This document shows, piece after piece, positions 15,301 to 26,041 of a stretch of 64,000 nucleotides of DNA. Under the pieces are notes generated by a model. That model had not been told where the DNA came from, did not search any database, and saw only the letters and a list, made by a program, of their open reading frames with translations. A program made the position numbers and the translations under genes. Numbering within the stretch: position 1 is the first letter of the stretch; each line of letters begins with the position of its first letter. The stretch comes from Lytechinus pictus (lineage: Eukaryota). The DNA lies in assembly GCF_037042905.1 (NCBI RefSeq), contig NC_087245.1, forward strand, positions 1,986,001 to 2,050,000. The letters run 5' to 3'.

Positions 15301-17658
15301 TTTCGTTTACAGTCCAATAATGTGGCCTTCATCCATCCAACCAAATCAGGGAGAAAAAGAAAGGAATGACGAAGAAAGGAAATTGCATATTCTAGGGGGA
15401 AAAGGCACATCTTTGGTGCCACTATCATAGGTGGAAAGAAAAGGGGAAGGGGAAAGGGGAAATGGCGGGAAGGGGGAAGAGGAGCAAAGACTAGGCATCA
15501 AATACTGAAAGAAGTGCGTTTTCAGCTCCCCCCCCCCCCCCGTTTCAGACGGTAGAAGGGCACAGTATTTAGTGCTAGATTGCCTACTTGATACGAGAAA
15601 GCAGAAATCTATACCCAAGGATGTAACTCAATGGCAAATGAATCATTAAGTTATGGAAAAGAATGGCGGATATACACCTAACTTTATATTAATGTTTTGT
15701 CGTTATAAGTCACATAAAACCATTGATTTAAAAATTTGGTGCCTATTCTTATTCTTATTGTTTATAAAAAATAATTGTTATAACAGCAACTAAAAAAGGT
15801 CCAACATAAGTGCTTGTGATTGTAGATAATAAAGTTATATTTGATTTTTTTGGAATTGTTATAAATTTCAACTCTTTTTTAAACAACTCCAGACCACAAG
15901 GGATGAATTTTGGTATACCTTTACATTACTATATCCTTTGATTCCTGTACATGTTCTTTATTTGTAGGAAATTTTACTGATTGGAATTTATTTTAATCTT
16001 ATTTTCCTTATAGATGCTGGAGCTACTGCTGGCATAGCGGTTGGTTGTGCAATTCTGGTTCTTATCGTAGCAATAGTTGTCTTCCTGATTATCAGAAAGA
16101 GAACTGGGTAAGATTTTTATTTCCATGTAATTTCTCATTGTCATATACTGCTAAAATTATAAGTATTCTGTACTTGAGAGCAAATTGAGAAAGCCTGTAA
16201 ATTTTCACATGAAAAGAATTGAAGATTATCTCATTAATCCATTGCATGTATTATGTTTCTGTATTTTTTTCTGGGGGGGGGGACTTTATACAAACATACC
16301 CCTGCCCAACCATTCCCCAAAAATATATATTTCTAGTATATGAAAGTACGTGTCTAAAATTTTAATTCCAGATCATGAGAATAAGTGGAAAAATATTTCT
16401 TCTTCAAAAAATTGATAATTTTGCTGAGTTTGTAACATTACGTCTTAATTTACCATTTTGTGTTTTATTGTAGAATTGTGAAAACGCCAAAGAGAGAAGG
16501 TCATGTGACCTATAGGACAGGAACCAATGTAGAGCTTCCATTCCAGGGCCATGTAAGTTTCACTAATAATACTGATAGTACATAACTGAAAACAGTTTTC
16601 ATAAAACACTTTCTCATACATGGACAATTCAATAGAATGTGTACATCAACCCGCTATTATGTGATTATTTTCTGATATGATTTGTATCTCTTTTCCAATA
16701 ATCTCAAATTATCACAGCTTGAACAGTTCATGCAGTGAAGTTAAAGAAGAGAATAATTGTAGACGGACCGACAAAAGGGTTGAATGAAGTTTTATGGATT
16801 TGCCAATATGCTAACCCTTCTCTCCGTTATATAATATCAGATTTCTGTTTTTATGGAGCATTTTGTATTATTTCCTATTTCATCCTTCACCCTCATTTTC
16901 TTTCCCCTTCTACCCTTCTCCTCTGCATTCTCTTTCTATTCTCATTCTTCCTCCTTTCCCTGATCCATTTTGTCACATTGTGTCCTCCCAATCTCTATCT
17001 GTCTTTCCATCTCTCTATCCTACCCAAATGTCTTTCTTTCTTTCTTCAGTTAATCTTTTTTATCCTTGCTAGGTTCAGTTTAACCTCTCCACTGTCCATT
17101 TATTTTGAGTGAGAGTAAACCTGATCGTCCATATTGCTTACATTATTCATCATTTAAGAAATAGATTTTTGTGTAGAAATTGCAATCTATATATAATTCA
17201 ATTTAATAACATTCTTGTTTCTTATTTGTCTTTTCATTAAGGATGCTCCTGATCATGCTGCCTTTGAGAACCCTATCTTTGCCAACGGAAACCGTAACAT
17301 TGAGGAAAATATTTACATGAACGACGAAGAGCTCGCTGCCGAGGGGTATTACGACCCCAACACCGGGCTTGAGAAACCTCCCCTAACTGGAGGACCTGAT
17401 GATGCTGTGTACCTCCCTGAAAAGATGGGGATTCCAGAAGGTGGTATTGATGCCTCTGCCATCCCTCCTCCACCGGATGATCTGCCTCCACCCCCTCCTG
17501 AGCTTCAGATTAGTGTAGAGGGTGGGATGAATGGTCAGGCAAGGATGGTTCCTTTACCAGAGATGGACCTTATGACCCCGCCTACGTCTCCAACATTTAG
17601 TCCAACCGAAGGAGAGGGGGACAGGAACACACTGGTCTTTCAGGATGATGATGAATGA
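136..17658 (+). CDS. LRP2: LRP2/megalin-like LDL-receptor family protein, 3' part (28 exons; 5' part lies upstream of the window)
   Basis: All exons join in phase at GT-AG sites. The domain order (YWTD propeller, EGF, 11 LDL-A, 2 EGF, propeller, 2 EGF, TM, tail) matches the end of megalin. Megalin-like motifs: [34 protein letters not shown]. Confidence 0.9.
772..900 (+). CDS. LRP2: LRP2-like exon (KLYWVDSV...VVNPKHG)
   Basis: ttccag/gtaag, YWxD repeat. Confidence 0.9.
1256..1426 (+). CDS. LRP2: LRP2-like exon (HVYWTDWG...[11 protein letters not shown])
   Basis: tacag/gtgagt, YWTD repeats. Confidence 0.9.
1817..2046 (+). CDS. LRP2: LRP2-like exon (FSDLDG...IYHPLRQDQ)
   Basis: tctag/gtatgt; within ORF 1731-2072. 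Confidence 0.9.
2413..2661 (+). CDS. LRP2: LRP2-like exon, EGF + LDL-A repeat 1
   Basis: [14 protein letters not shown]...CSDGSDE; ttcag/gtaagt. Confidence 0.92.
3160..3276 (+). CDS. LRP2: LRP2-like exon, LDL-A repeat 2
   Basis: 6 Cys + DGSDE, phase 1/1. Confidence 0.9.
3567..3689 (+). CDS. LRP2: LRP2-like exon, LDL-A repeat 3
   Basis: CQPWEFRC...CPDGSDE, phase 1/1. Confidence 0.9.
4176..4298 (+). CDS. LRP2: LRP2-like exon, LDL-A repeat 4
   Basis: CSEGYFQC...CGDASDE. Confidence 0.88.
4671..4793 (+). CDS. LRP2: LRP2-like exon, LDL-A repeat 5
   Basis: CPSGWFSC...CRDNSDE. Confidence 0.9.
5232..5348 (+). CDS. LRP2: LRP2-like exon, LDL-A repeat 6
   Basis: CEVGEFQC...CTDGSDE. Confidence 0.9.
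5589..6392. repeat. ~800 bp compound (TAG)n/(TGG)n microsatellite in an LRP2 intron
   Basis: Directly visible; source of the spurious poly-Y/L/T/S/V ORFs. Confidence 0.97.
6502..6618 (+). CDS. LRP2: LRP2-like exon, LDL-A repeat 7
   Basis: CSESEFRC...CPGGDDE. Confidence 0.9.
7354..7473 (+). CDS. LRP2: LRP2-like exon, LDL-A repeat 8
   Basis: CYFPSQFQC...CQDSSDE. Confidence 0.9.
7921..8058 (+). CDS. LRP2: LRP2-like exon, LDL-A repeat 9
   Basis: TRLPQGLYC...CPDGSDE; megalin-typical linker. Confidence 0.9.
8438..8563 (+). CDS. LRP2: LRP2-like exon, LDL-A repeat 10
   Basis: CDPEERWRC...CGDASDE; donor T|gtacgt gives Cys with the next exon. Confidence 0.87.
8968..9090 (+). CDS. LRP2: LRP2-like exon, LDL-A repeat 11
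   Basis: CTPDEFKC...CGDMSDE. Confidence 0.9.
9300..9565 (+). mobile_element. Decayed 3' end of a CR1/L2-type LINE ORF2
   Basis: Frameshifted remnants [32 protein letters not shown], typical of the CR1/L2 C-terminus. Confidence 0.65.
9762..9887 (+). CDS. LRP2: LRP2-like exon, EGF
   Basis: [12 protein letters not shown]...CSCADG. Confidence 0.9.
10120..10251 (+). CDS. LRP2: LRP2-like exon, Ca-binding EGF
   Basis: [25 protein letters not shown]. Confidence 0.92.
11235..11363 (+). CDS. LRP2: LRP2-like exon, start of last propeller
   Basis: [14 protein letters not shown]...SLDYNFDE; cctag/gtagat. Confidence 0.85.
11657..11798 (+). CDS. LRP2: LRP2-like exon (VVYWID...LAVDWFGG)
   Basis: tttag/gtaag, YWxD. 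Confidence 0.9.
12194..12385 (+). CDS. LRP2: LRP2-like exon (NLYWTD...RRKKR...AVNPRRG)
   Basis: ctcag/gtaag; TLDGRYRR motif. Confidence 0.9.
13123..13346 (+). CDS. LRP2: LRP2-like exon (VFYWSD...YWCD...ILRAAS)
   Basis: aacag/gtgagt. Confidence 0.9.
13962..14150 (+). CDS. LRP2: LRP2-like exon ([11 protein letters not shown]...YQEQRYNLD)
   Basis: ttcag/gtagg. Confidence 0.88.
14551..14697 (+). CDS. LRP2: LRP2-like exon, EGF
   Basis: [16 protein letters not shown]...CGCPDG. Confidence 0.9.
14856..14943 (+). CDS. LRP2: LRP2-like exon, last EGF first half
   Basis: [17 protein letters not shown]; tacag/gtaag. Confidence 0.88.
15216..15277 (+). CDS. LRP2: LRP2-like exon, last EGF second half
   Basis: [10 protein letters not shown]; phases match neighbours. 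Confidence 0.88.
16014..16107 (+). CDS. LRP2: LRP2-like exon, transmembrane helix
   Basis: [22 protein letters not shown] followed by RKR. Confidence 0.92.
16474..16552 (+). CDS. LRP2: LRP2-like exon, juxtamembrane tail
   Basis: [26 protein letters not shown]; tgtag/gtaagt. Confidence 0.87.
17242..17658 (+). CDS. LRP2: LRP2-like last coding exon, cytoplasmic tail
   Basis: FENPIF, Pro-rich, PPTSP, ends [10 protein letters not shown]. Confidence 0.9.
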   Translation, partial: DAPDHAAFENPIFANGNRNIEENIYMNDEELAAEGYYDPNTGLEKPPLTGGPDDAVYLPEKMGIPEGGIDASAIPPPPDDLPPPPPELQISVEGGMNGQARMVPLPEMDLMTPPTSPTFSPTEGEGDRNTLVFQDDDE

Positions 17659-19654
17659 GGACCAGAAATTATCTTGTCCTATTCTGGAACCCAGATAGAC
17701 AAAAAACTCTTTGAATGTTTCCTTGATCAAGATCCAGAAATATACTTCTACTTCCAAAGATAGAATCACTAAAGGATTTTGATTAATCACACATGTATTC
17801 ATAGTTTTAGATAAATTATTCAATATTAAATGTACCTATTAAAAAATTGTATGCTGTACCCCTTTACTGAGCTCATAACACATATTATAGAAGTCATCAT
17901 TATACCATATGTTGGGGTCTGTACTATAGTACTCTGTTTTCATGGTATACATGTAAAACTATGCTGGTATAGTAGTGTATACCATGAATGTATGTGTGGT
18001 ATTCATGAAAATTTGTGCCTTTTAAAGTGTTTTCCATACTTTTTTTAATAGACCTAGGTTTAGACATTTTATAGCTAGAAACAAGAAACAATAGATTTAA
18101 AAAAATCACCTTGACTAAAAAGTCATAAACAATTCTAAAATACTCTGGTGTGCTTTTCTTCGTAATTATAGAATATGCCACCTCGAATTGACAAAAGTAC
18201 CAAAGATTACATTGTGTAGCTTCATTGTGTTGATATATTCAGAATTAATAGTGGTATTGCTACTGTATATGAATGTGTTATGGCGTTTGTCCATTCTAAG
18301 TGTTTTATCGTGTTTACCAGCTAAAATCGTGCATTTCTGTTAATCTCTTCCCTGAATTGATACCAAAGCTCTTCCATGTTATGTGATATTAGCTGTGATG
18401 TAACACTTGGAGAAATTAGTCTGCCATATAAAGCAGAGTGTAACAATAATTTCCAATAAAGCTATCATGAATTTCTCACTCAACATTCTTCTTCATATAA
18501 AAAATATGTTTCTATTGTTATCCAAGCTTGAATAATCAAATAACATTAATATCTACACAATTATTTTTAACTGTAAATGTGTATATTTGTTAGTATTTCA
18601 TGTCCTGTTTGTTTTAATTGAGTATTCAATTCGTTTTAGAATAATTGAGAGTACTTCATTTCCTTGTTTGAAAAGCAACTATCAATATATGTTAACTTTC
18701 ATGTTTGTATATGTGCTGTATTACCATCCTTATTGTCAGTACTTAAGTGACTGAGTAGCAACCAACTAACCTCTATTATAGTACTATTTTGAATGTGTAC
18801 AGATGTATTCAAAACACAAAGAATGTATATTCAAGAGATAAGCTTCAATCAATTAAGCTGGGCTCCTAGCAAAGGGTACCTACTTGTGATGATGTCTGAT
18901 AAAGAAACCAATCTCTTGATATATTCCTGTGTGCAACATCATAGCCGATAGGCAGTATTACTGTAATTAGATGTTTATATTTTGATCACAACTTTTACAT
19001 GTACCAAAATATTAGTAACTTTATAGATTTTCTATGCAAACATGCTGTGTTGCAGATATATTTTAAAGAACAATCAATATGAATATGTACATAAATTTGG
19101 GGAAAGAGAAATTTTACATTTGAATGCAGGTAAGAAGTATTGAAGTCATTGTTGCCTAAATTAATAATTTTCTCCAAAAAAGTCATAAGAAAAAAAAGCA
19201 ATATTTTCACTATTTAGACTGGTGATTATAATTTTTCTAAAACATTTCCTAACCTGTTAACTGGACAAGAAATTAGATGTAAATCATTTTGTAGGATTTA
19301 ACTGTGATACCAAACACAATTTAAAGTAGTATATCCAATTCAATATACCATGTAGATCAAAACCTCTGTTCATCATTTGTGCAATGTAAACAATGATGAA
19401 TATCTAATGGAATACTGTATGCATTGACTCGATTCTTGAGAAATGGGTTTAAAAAATGGTTTAAATGTACTTTTTATTTCAAAAAATGCTCCGAGTAACA
19501 GTATATATATCAAATTTTTATGTACAGTTGATGTAGTCAAACACATATATAAATGTTTTCAATTTGTATGATCCTTAATACTATTGAAAATAATTGAAAC
19601 AAATGTATTCTTGTCTGTGTATATTTTTGAATATTTAGTATTTTTAAATGAACC

Positions 19655-19660
19655 AATAAA
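19655..19660 (+). terminator. Candidate polyadenylation signal of LRP2-like gene
   Basis: AATAAA followed about 30 nt later by T-rich sequence; another AATAAA at 18455. Confidence 0.45.
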
Positions 19661-20031
19661 TTGTATACAAAATATTCTATCTGAAGTCTTTAATTTGTCT
19701 TATTTTTAAGAAAATATATTGCTCAAAGGGTCTCATGATGCAACCAGCTCCATTTGAAGTTTTATAATGAACTGTATGGTTGTGGTTCACTTCAAATAAC
19801 TTCTGAGAAAGCAAGCTTAAATGAGCCAGCAACCAGGGTACTCTCATCTTAACATCCTCTCAATGAACCTGATGAGGCTGATGTAATGCAACTTGGCCTC
19901 ACAAGGTTACAAGCCTACAGCTCTTATGATTATGCCATTACAACACAATAATAATCACATCAAAAAAACATTGACTCAACAAAAAAATACAAGCTAGACC
20001 AGTATATGGGATTTGAAATGTTTTTTTAATT

Positions 20032-20037
20032 TTTATT
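20032..20037 (-). terminator. Candidate polyadenylation signal of TRAK-like gene
   Basis: AATAAA on -, at the end of a long AT-rich 3'UTR-like stretch; other candidates exist. Confidence 0.3.
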
Positions 20038-23000
20038 ATTCATATTATTAGTATGTATTCTCTTCTCAATTTCTATTCACACAATGGCAAACATTACACA
20101 GGCATCATATGTCACATACAATATTAAAAGTGCCATATAAATCTTTCTTTAATATTATTTTCAGTATTCCATTTTGGACAAATAATACTAGCAATATCAG
20201 ATAAGACAATGTTGTGCATTGCACAGAGAACCAACTTACAAATGAGTCTTATATCATATCTACAAATTTAAATTGTAATAAGTGGGATTAGCTTTTATAT
20301 CAGAATATCAAACTGATTTGGAGATAATAGAGAAATAATTTTCTAAAAAGCTTAGATGATAAAAAGTATTTTTATATTCTTTTGGTGAATATGGCAATAA
20401 TATAATATGGATATGCAATGTGGCTAAAATTATTTGACTTTTTTTTTCTCCAGATGATATTGAATATTAGTCCTGAATATTCATGTTTTATACATGAACT
20501 CTTTATGCTTGACTCTTATATCTGTTTTTTATATTTTATTTATTTTAAATCTCATTATTGCTTAGAAATAGAGTATTTGCACCATCTACATGTACTTTAT
20601 AAACAATCTTTAACAAATTTTTCAAGAAGGTTTCCCTGTGTATTTGTGACTGTTAAATGTCATACACACAACAGTCAACTTACAAAATATCTCAAAAACA
20701 ATATTAAAACCACAAAGGATCAGTATTTAGTAGTTATCTCTACGTCGTTTGAATATTTATAGGGATAGAGGGAAAATGTAGTGTGTCATGAAGTTCATAA
20801 TTGTCTCTTTTATTTCGCTAATAAAATATTATTTAGAAAATTAGATTAACCATTCAACAACTTCCAGATTCACACAGCTAAAACTCTTTGACTTGTATAA
20901 TCCTTACAGCATCACATGTACTGTAATTTGATATCATATGATTACATGAAGTCATGTACACATATCACACACTTCATTCATATCTATACATCTTCAATGA
21001 TTTACTGTATTACATATTACTAGCCAAAAAAAAGTATCAAAACCAGCATTTAATATGTTGATTAATAATTACAAATTCTAATAACTGCTAATGTAAATTG
21101 AAATTTTCTGCTTAATTAATTAATAAACTGTATACTCATCAACTGAAAAAAGTCTTGAAATGCAATTGATGGCAATTTAAATGTGGTAACTCCAGGATAT
21201 ATAATAGTCTCATAAATATCAGGCCTTGTACTGGATGAGTACTGTGGATCAGTAATTCTTTTCACACAGAATGTCAAGTATCACTAAAATTTGACATGAG
21301 AAGTGTACATTCATAGAGATATTCTAATTTTAAATAGGGTAAAATATCTACATGTGTTATATTGCATTGCACAGCACATTAACCATATACAATCAAATAA
21401 GGCAATAAAGAATAATTTCTTGCGTTACATTACCAAGAGTGCAAGTGTTGGGTTTTCATGAAAATTCATGATGGATTATAGCTTTTGTCAATTACATGCC
21501 TACAAATATGGTAGTTCTGAATTTTAGACTAAAGCAATGGTGACAATAACTCAATTAATTTCCTCCATTCATACTGTCCACAGCATCAACATCTTTCTTA
21601 CTATTTCTCAAAATTTGTAAGCAAAAGTGTATCACAACTTAATCTGTGCAAAATATTCATTACATCAAAAATATAAAAATAATTTAATTACATTCTTGCA
21701 TAATTATTTAAATCAATGATGTTGAATATACATATAAACAAATTTGACACAAACATGATATGCATATAACAGGAATATGAAATTATTGAAAGAATTTATG
21801 AAAACAAAACGTCACTGACAGTTCTGAACAAATGAATTACTGATTGAATTCACATTCATAAAAATTCTGATGTTAATACAAATATGTATGTCTGGAAACT
21901 GCAAACTCTAATAATTACATGTATAACCAATGTAGACTGAATAATTTTGCTATAATACATGTTTTTTCAATAGAATCAAACCCACATATATGCAGTCTTT
22001 ATCTCCAATGGGTTAAGAACTCATATTCAAATTGTGATTGCTGTTTATTGTTTTTCTTCCAAGACTTATTCTAAGTTCTCGTAAAAACAGAGTGTAACAC
22101 AAAATTGTTTTAGATTTTTGACAAAGTTTTTAACCCCATATTCCCCCCCCCAAAAAAAAAAAAAAAATTATCTACAGTTTACCTGAGGACCTCATCATAG
22201 CTAAAATACTGATTTTTAAACTTGAGAAACATTCAAAGGAGGTATTTATGATGATTCATGGAGGATCTAGCTATTCAGTATCTCAAAATTTATGGGATTT
22301 TTTTAATCCATTCCTATATTCTAAAGAATAATAAAATTTCCTTTAAAATGCTTGTTGAGACATAATGCAACAAAGCTCATCAACATTGGTTTTAGCATAC
22401 ATGGTGAGGTTTTTCTTGCCATGAATGAACAATGGAGAATGTTTCTGAACTCCATCACATCTTGTCTGAACAAGACTTCAATTATAAAAAGGGGTAGGTG
22501 TAAAACGCTCTAGAGATCAGTCGATAGTAGTACTCATGAGGAAGTGGTCACTAACATGGCATGCATATCAACAAGACAACACTAATCTACACAACAGTAC
22601 TTGACTTTTATCATCAAATGTTATTCCACAAACAGAATTTACAAAACATAATAGTACACACTTTTCAACCACATTGCAAGTTGTGTCACAAATACTTTAT
22701 ATTACCATGAATATCTTTCTGGAATAGTGTTTGATTCTTTGAGTTGCAGTTGTAATCCTAGCCTGAGAAGATTTCAAATTAAGAGGTCATTGCTAATGAA
22801 ACTGATGAGCTAATATCAGAAAGTTGTTAGAACATTCCCAGGAAAATATTCTTTTATACCTGCATCACACCCCCAAGTGACTTTGAGAATTGTCAGAAAG
22901 TTGACAAATTTAAGCAACCAAAGAGAAAAGAAATTAGTGGTCAAGCAAGGACTTGAGCCATATTCCTTGCAGTCGAGTTTGGTAAGGTCTGTTTTGGGTA

Positions 23001-24846
23001 TGTGGTACATGCATGAACAATAATAAAGTAAAAACAGCTGGAAAGAGAAAGGAAAAGAGCAATTTGCAAAGGCTTTGAAACAAGGCTGATGATACGAAAA
23101 TACACCACAATGATGTGTCAACATACAAACAGAGGTTCATAGGGTTTATTCTGCAATCCAACTTTGCTTCGCTACTTTCTTTCAAACCACCTTTTTCCTT
23201 TCACAATAAACAATGATACCATACATTCCCAAAGAAATGTACTTAGTTTCATTAGCTGTACAAACTTTATTTTAATCATCCCAGTTAATACTATCACTAT
23301 TTCAACTTTTTCCCCCTTTCATAGTTTAATACAGTAACATGACAACAAAATCTTCAAAATAACTATATAAAAATAAGTAATATTCAACCATCAGGTTTTG
23401 ACAAAATTAACATAGTACTTAAAGACATGTTCAAAATATATATCATATCATAAGAGTTGTTTAAATAACCTTAAACGACATGTTGCTGTTAAAACAAATT
23501 CAAACAAATAGAAACAACTGCAATCATCTGGCATAAGGCAAATACACTGAATTAAAACAACAAAATATTTCATTCAAAATATTGTTTTTGTGTAAATGAA
23601 CACAAATCAACTAAAACAGATATACCGGTATTCAACATCATCTGCTGTACACGTATTGCACTATCAAACTTTAAAATAAAGGAAAATTTACACAGAGAAG
23701 GATCTGTCAAAACAAAGAACTGGTTAAAAAAAATTCTCTGTAAAATATCAATTAAAATAAATTTATTCACAAAGCACAAAAGAGAGTAAATTATTGAAAA
23801 GAAACTGCTTTGGAAATTCAGAGGAAGACATTGCTAGCAATTAGAATTATAACTTTGTTTACCAATTGAATCCTCTATATCTTACATGGAATGATACATC
23901 TTTCTTTTGGTTGATGTATCACCTGAATTAGACACCAAGTAAACCACAAATGTCATCTCAATCTCTCCTGCTCTAGTTTTATTTTTCTTGTTCATAGACA
24001 TAAAAGACTCAACTAGAGATTCAATATCAAATGGGATTCTATTCAAACTAATCGTACAGAAACAGAAGTAAAAAAAAAAATTACCTGTAATTGCTTATTA
24101 TTACACAGTACTGTAAATCAATAAAAAGGACTAAATAAAAATATCTGCCCATTTTAACCCTTCCAACAGAAGATAATCTAGGTTATACCTTTAAAATATG
24201 TTTAAACTTTTGGAAAATTATAGAATATACAACAAGTAAAACCAAAAAAAATAGCTGCACTGTGTTTAAAATGTAGTTTGATTTTCATTTTCACATTTTC
24301 TAAAATTAGCTTTTCATTTTGTTTAAAAGCAATATATATATTTATATATATATATATATATATGAGTCAAGCAATAAAACCAAAGAAATAAATAAATTTC
24401 AGCCAAGCAAGACAATTAAAAACATCAACAAGTAATAAAGAGATAAGTAATCACCTATGGATATAAGGCTGAGATATACATTGTGTGCGAGGCATGAATA
24501 ACTATATAGAAATATATGCAGGAGTGTACTCATTGCATTTAGAATGTACAACAGAATGACTACATAATCCTAGAAAATGTAAAATATGTATTGCATGATA
24601 AAGGTTTATTTCATTGATGACTACTGTGTGGTTTACTTTCGGGTCTACACTTGCTGAAACAATTCCAAACTGCCTCCTTTGTCAGTAGCAATTTCAGATT
24701 TTAGGGCAACAATGCCATTGCAATCAATTCTGACAGCTGAAAGTGAAAATATCCATTTCATCTTTGACACATCATTGAAGATAATACAAAATTGGTCATA
24801 ATAGCTCAAATTATTTTCTGTTCTTGTCGAATATCCATTCCTGATG

Positions 24847-26041
24847 CTAAAGCTTCTTCATTCCTACTTTAGTCTTGGTCTTTGTGATTACTGTCTTGGC
24901 TTTGGGACTGTCTAAGAGGCCCAAGACTGTGCCGAGTCCAGAAGGTTCTAGAGCTTGTCCTAGACCAGCTGTGGTAGTCTCAGTAGATGAGGTTGTTGCA
25001 GTAACAGGTCGGCTAGCTGCTAGGATTGACATCGGACTAGCTAATCCTCTAGACTGACCAAGGATGGGAGGGAACGAGGAACCAGGTGACATAAGTCCTC
25101 CAGGAAATGAAACTGGTGTGCTTGATAGGTGTGAACTACCAACAGTAGTTGCACCTGATGGGATGGATGTTGTTGGAGCACCTGGCAACGTTCCATAAAT
25201 TGAAGACAAACTACCTGATGGTGTAACTCCACTAGCAACAGACCCATTGCTAAATGTTGACATCCTAGGTGTAGTGCTTGAGGACATTACCATGCCACCA
25301 AGGGATGAAGATAACCCATTAGGTGCACCAACCTGAGAAGACATTCGAGGCATTGAACTTGAAGACATCATCATTTCATTCAGACCAACATTCATAGATG
25401 GTCCTCCTGCAATTCTTGGGGTTGCACTTGATGACGTTGCATTCAGGCCAGAAATCGCTGATGGCACTTCAGACCCAGTGGTGAATGAAGACATTCTAGG
25501 TGATGCAGAGGTGCTGGAAGACATCATCATTCCACCCAATCCCACTGTTGTCCTAGGAATACTAACAGCCAAGGAGGGTGCAAGCATTACTGCATTAGTA
25601 GTCACCAATAGTTGACGCTGCATTGTTGCCTTCTGTGCTGCCTTCTCTGCTCTTATGCTCTTCACCTTTTCCATCAGTCTTGCCTTTGTGTCTGGATCCA
25701 AGATTTTGATCCCGCTGCTGATGGAGCTCATAGGGGAAGCATTCCTGGAGAAGATCTGACCAGAGACCTTGTGGACTCCTGATGGAGCTTCTACATCAAG
25801 CTCTGCTTTCTTCTCTGAGTTAGGGCTGGTGGATAGAAAGTTAAGACCAACGGAGGACCGCTTTGATTTGGCACCACCTACCGCTCCAGTCTGGCTTGCC
25901 TTGAGACGGACAGCTGAACCACTGGTGACCTGAGGGGTTGCTAGGACTGAAGCAAGACCAAGAGAGGCACCAGGTGGAGGATCATATACACCAGGGAAGG
26001 TCTCTTGAAGGTCTATTGTCATCCTGGTACCAGCAGGATTG
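24847..26041 (-). CDS. TRAK1: TRAK-like last coding exon, Ser/Thr/Gly-rich tail
   Basis: ttttcatcag acceptor in phase 2; long ORF to TAG. Confidence 0.85.

Noticed and set aside
16718..16738. Alternative LRP2 terminal exon LEQFMQ* after a cacag acceptor
   Set aside because: Only an AG and a short frame support it; 16552 already joins 17242 in phase. It needs transcript evidence.
17830..24800. Short ORFs between the two genes
   Set aside because: AT-rich chance ORFs in presumed 3'UTRs, with no splice or domain support.
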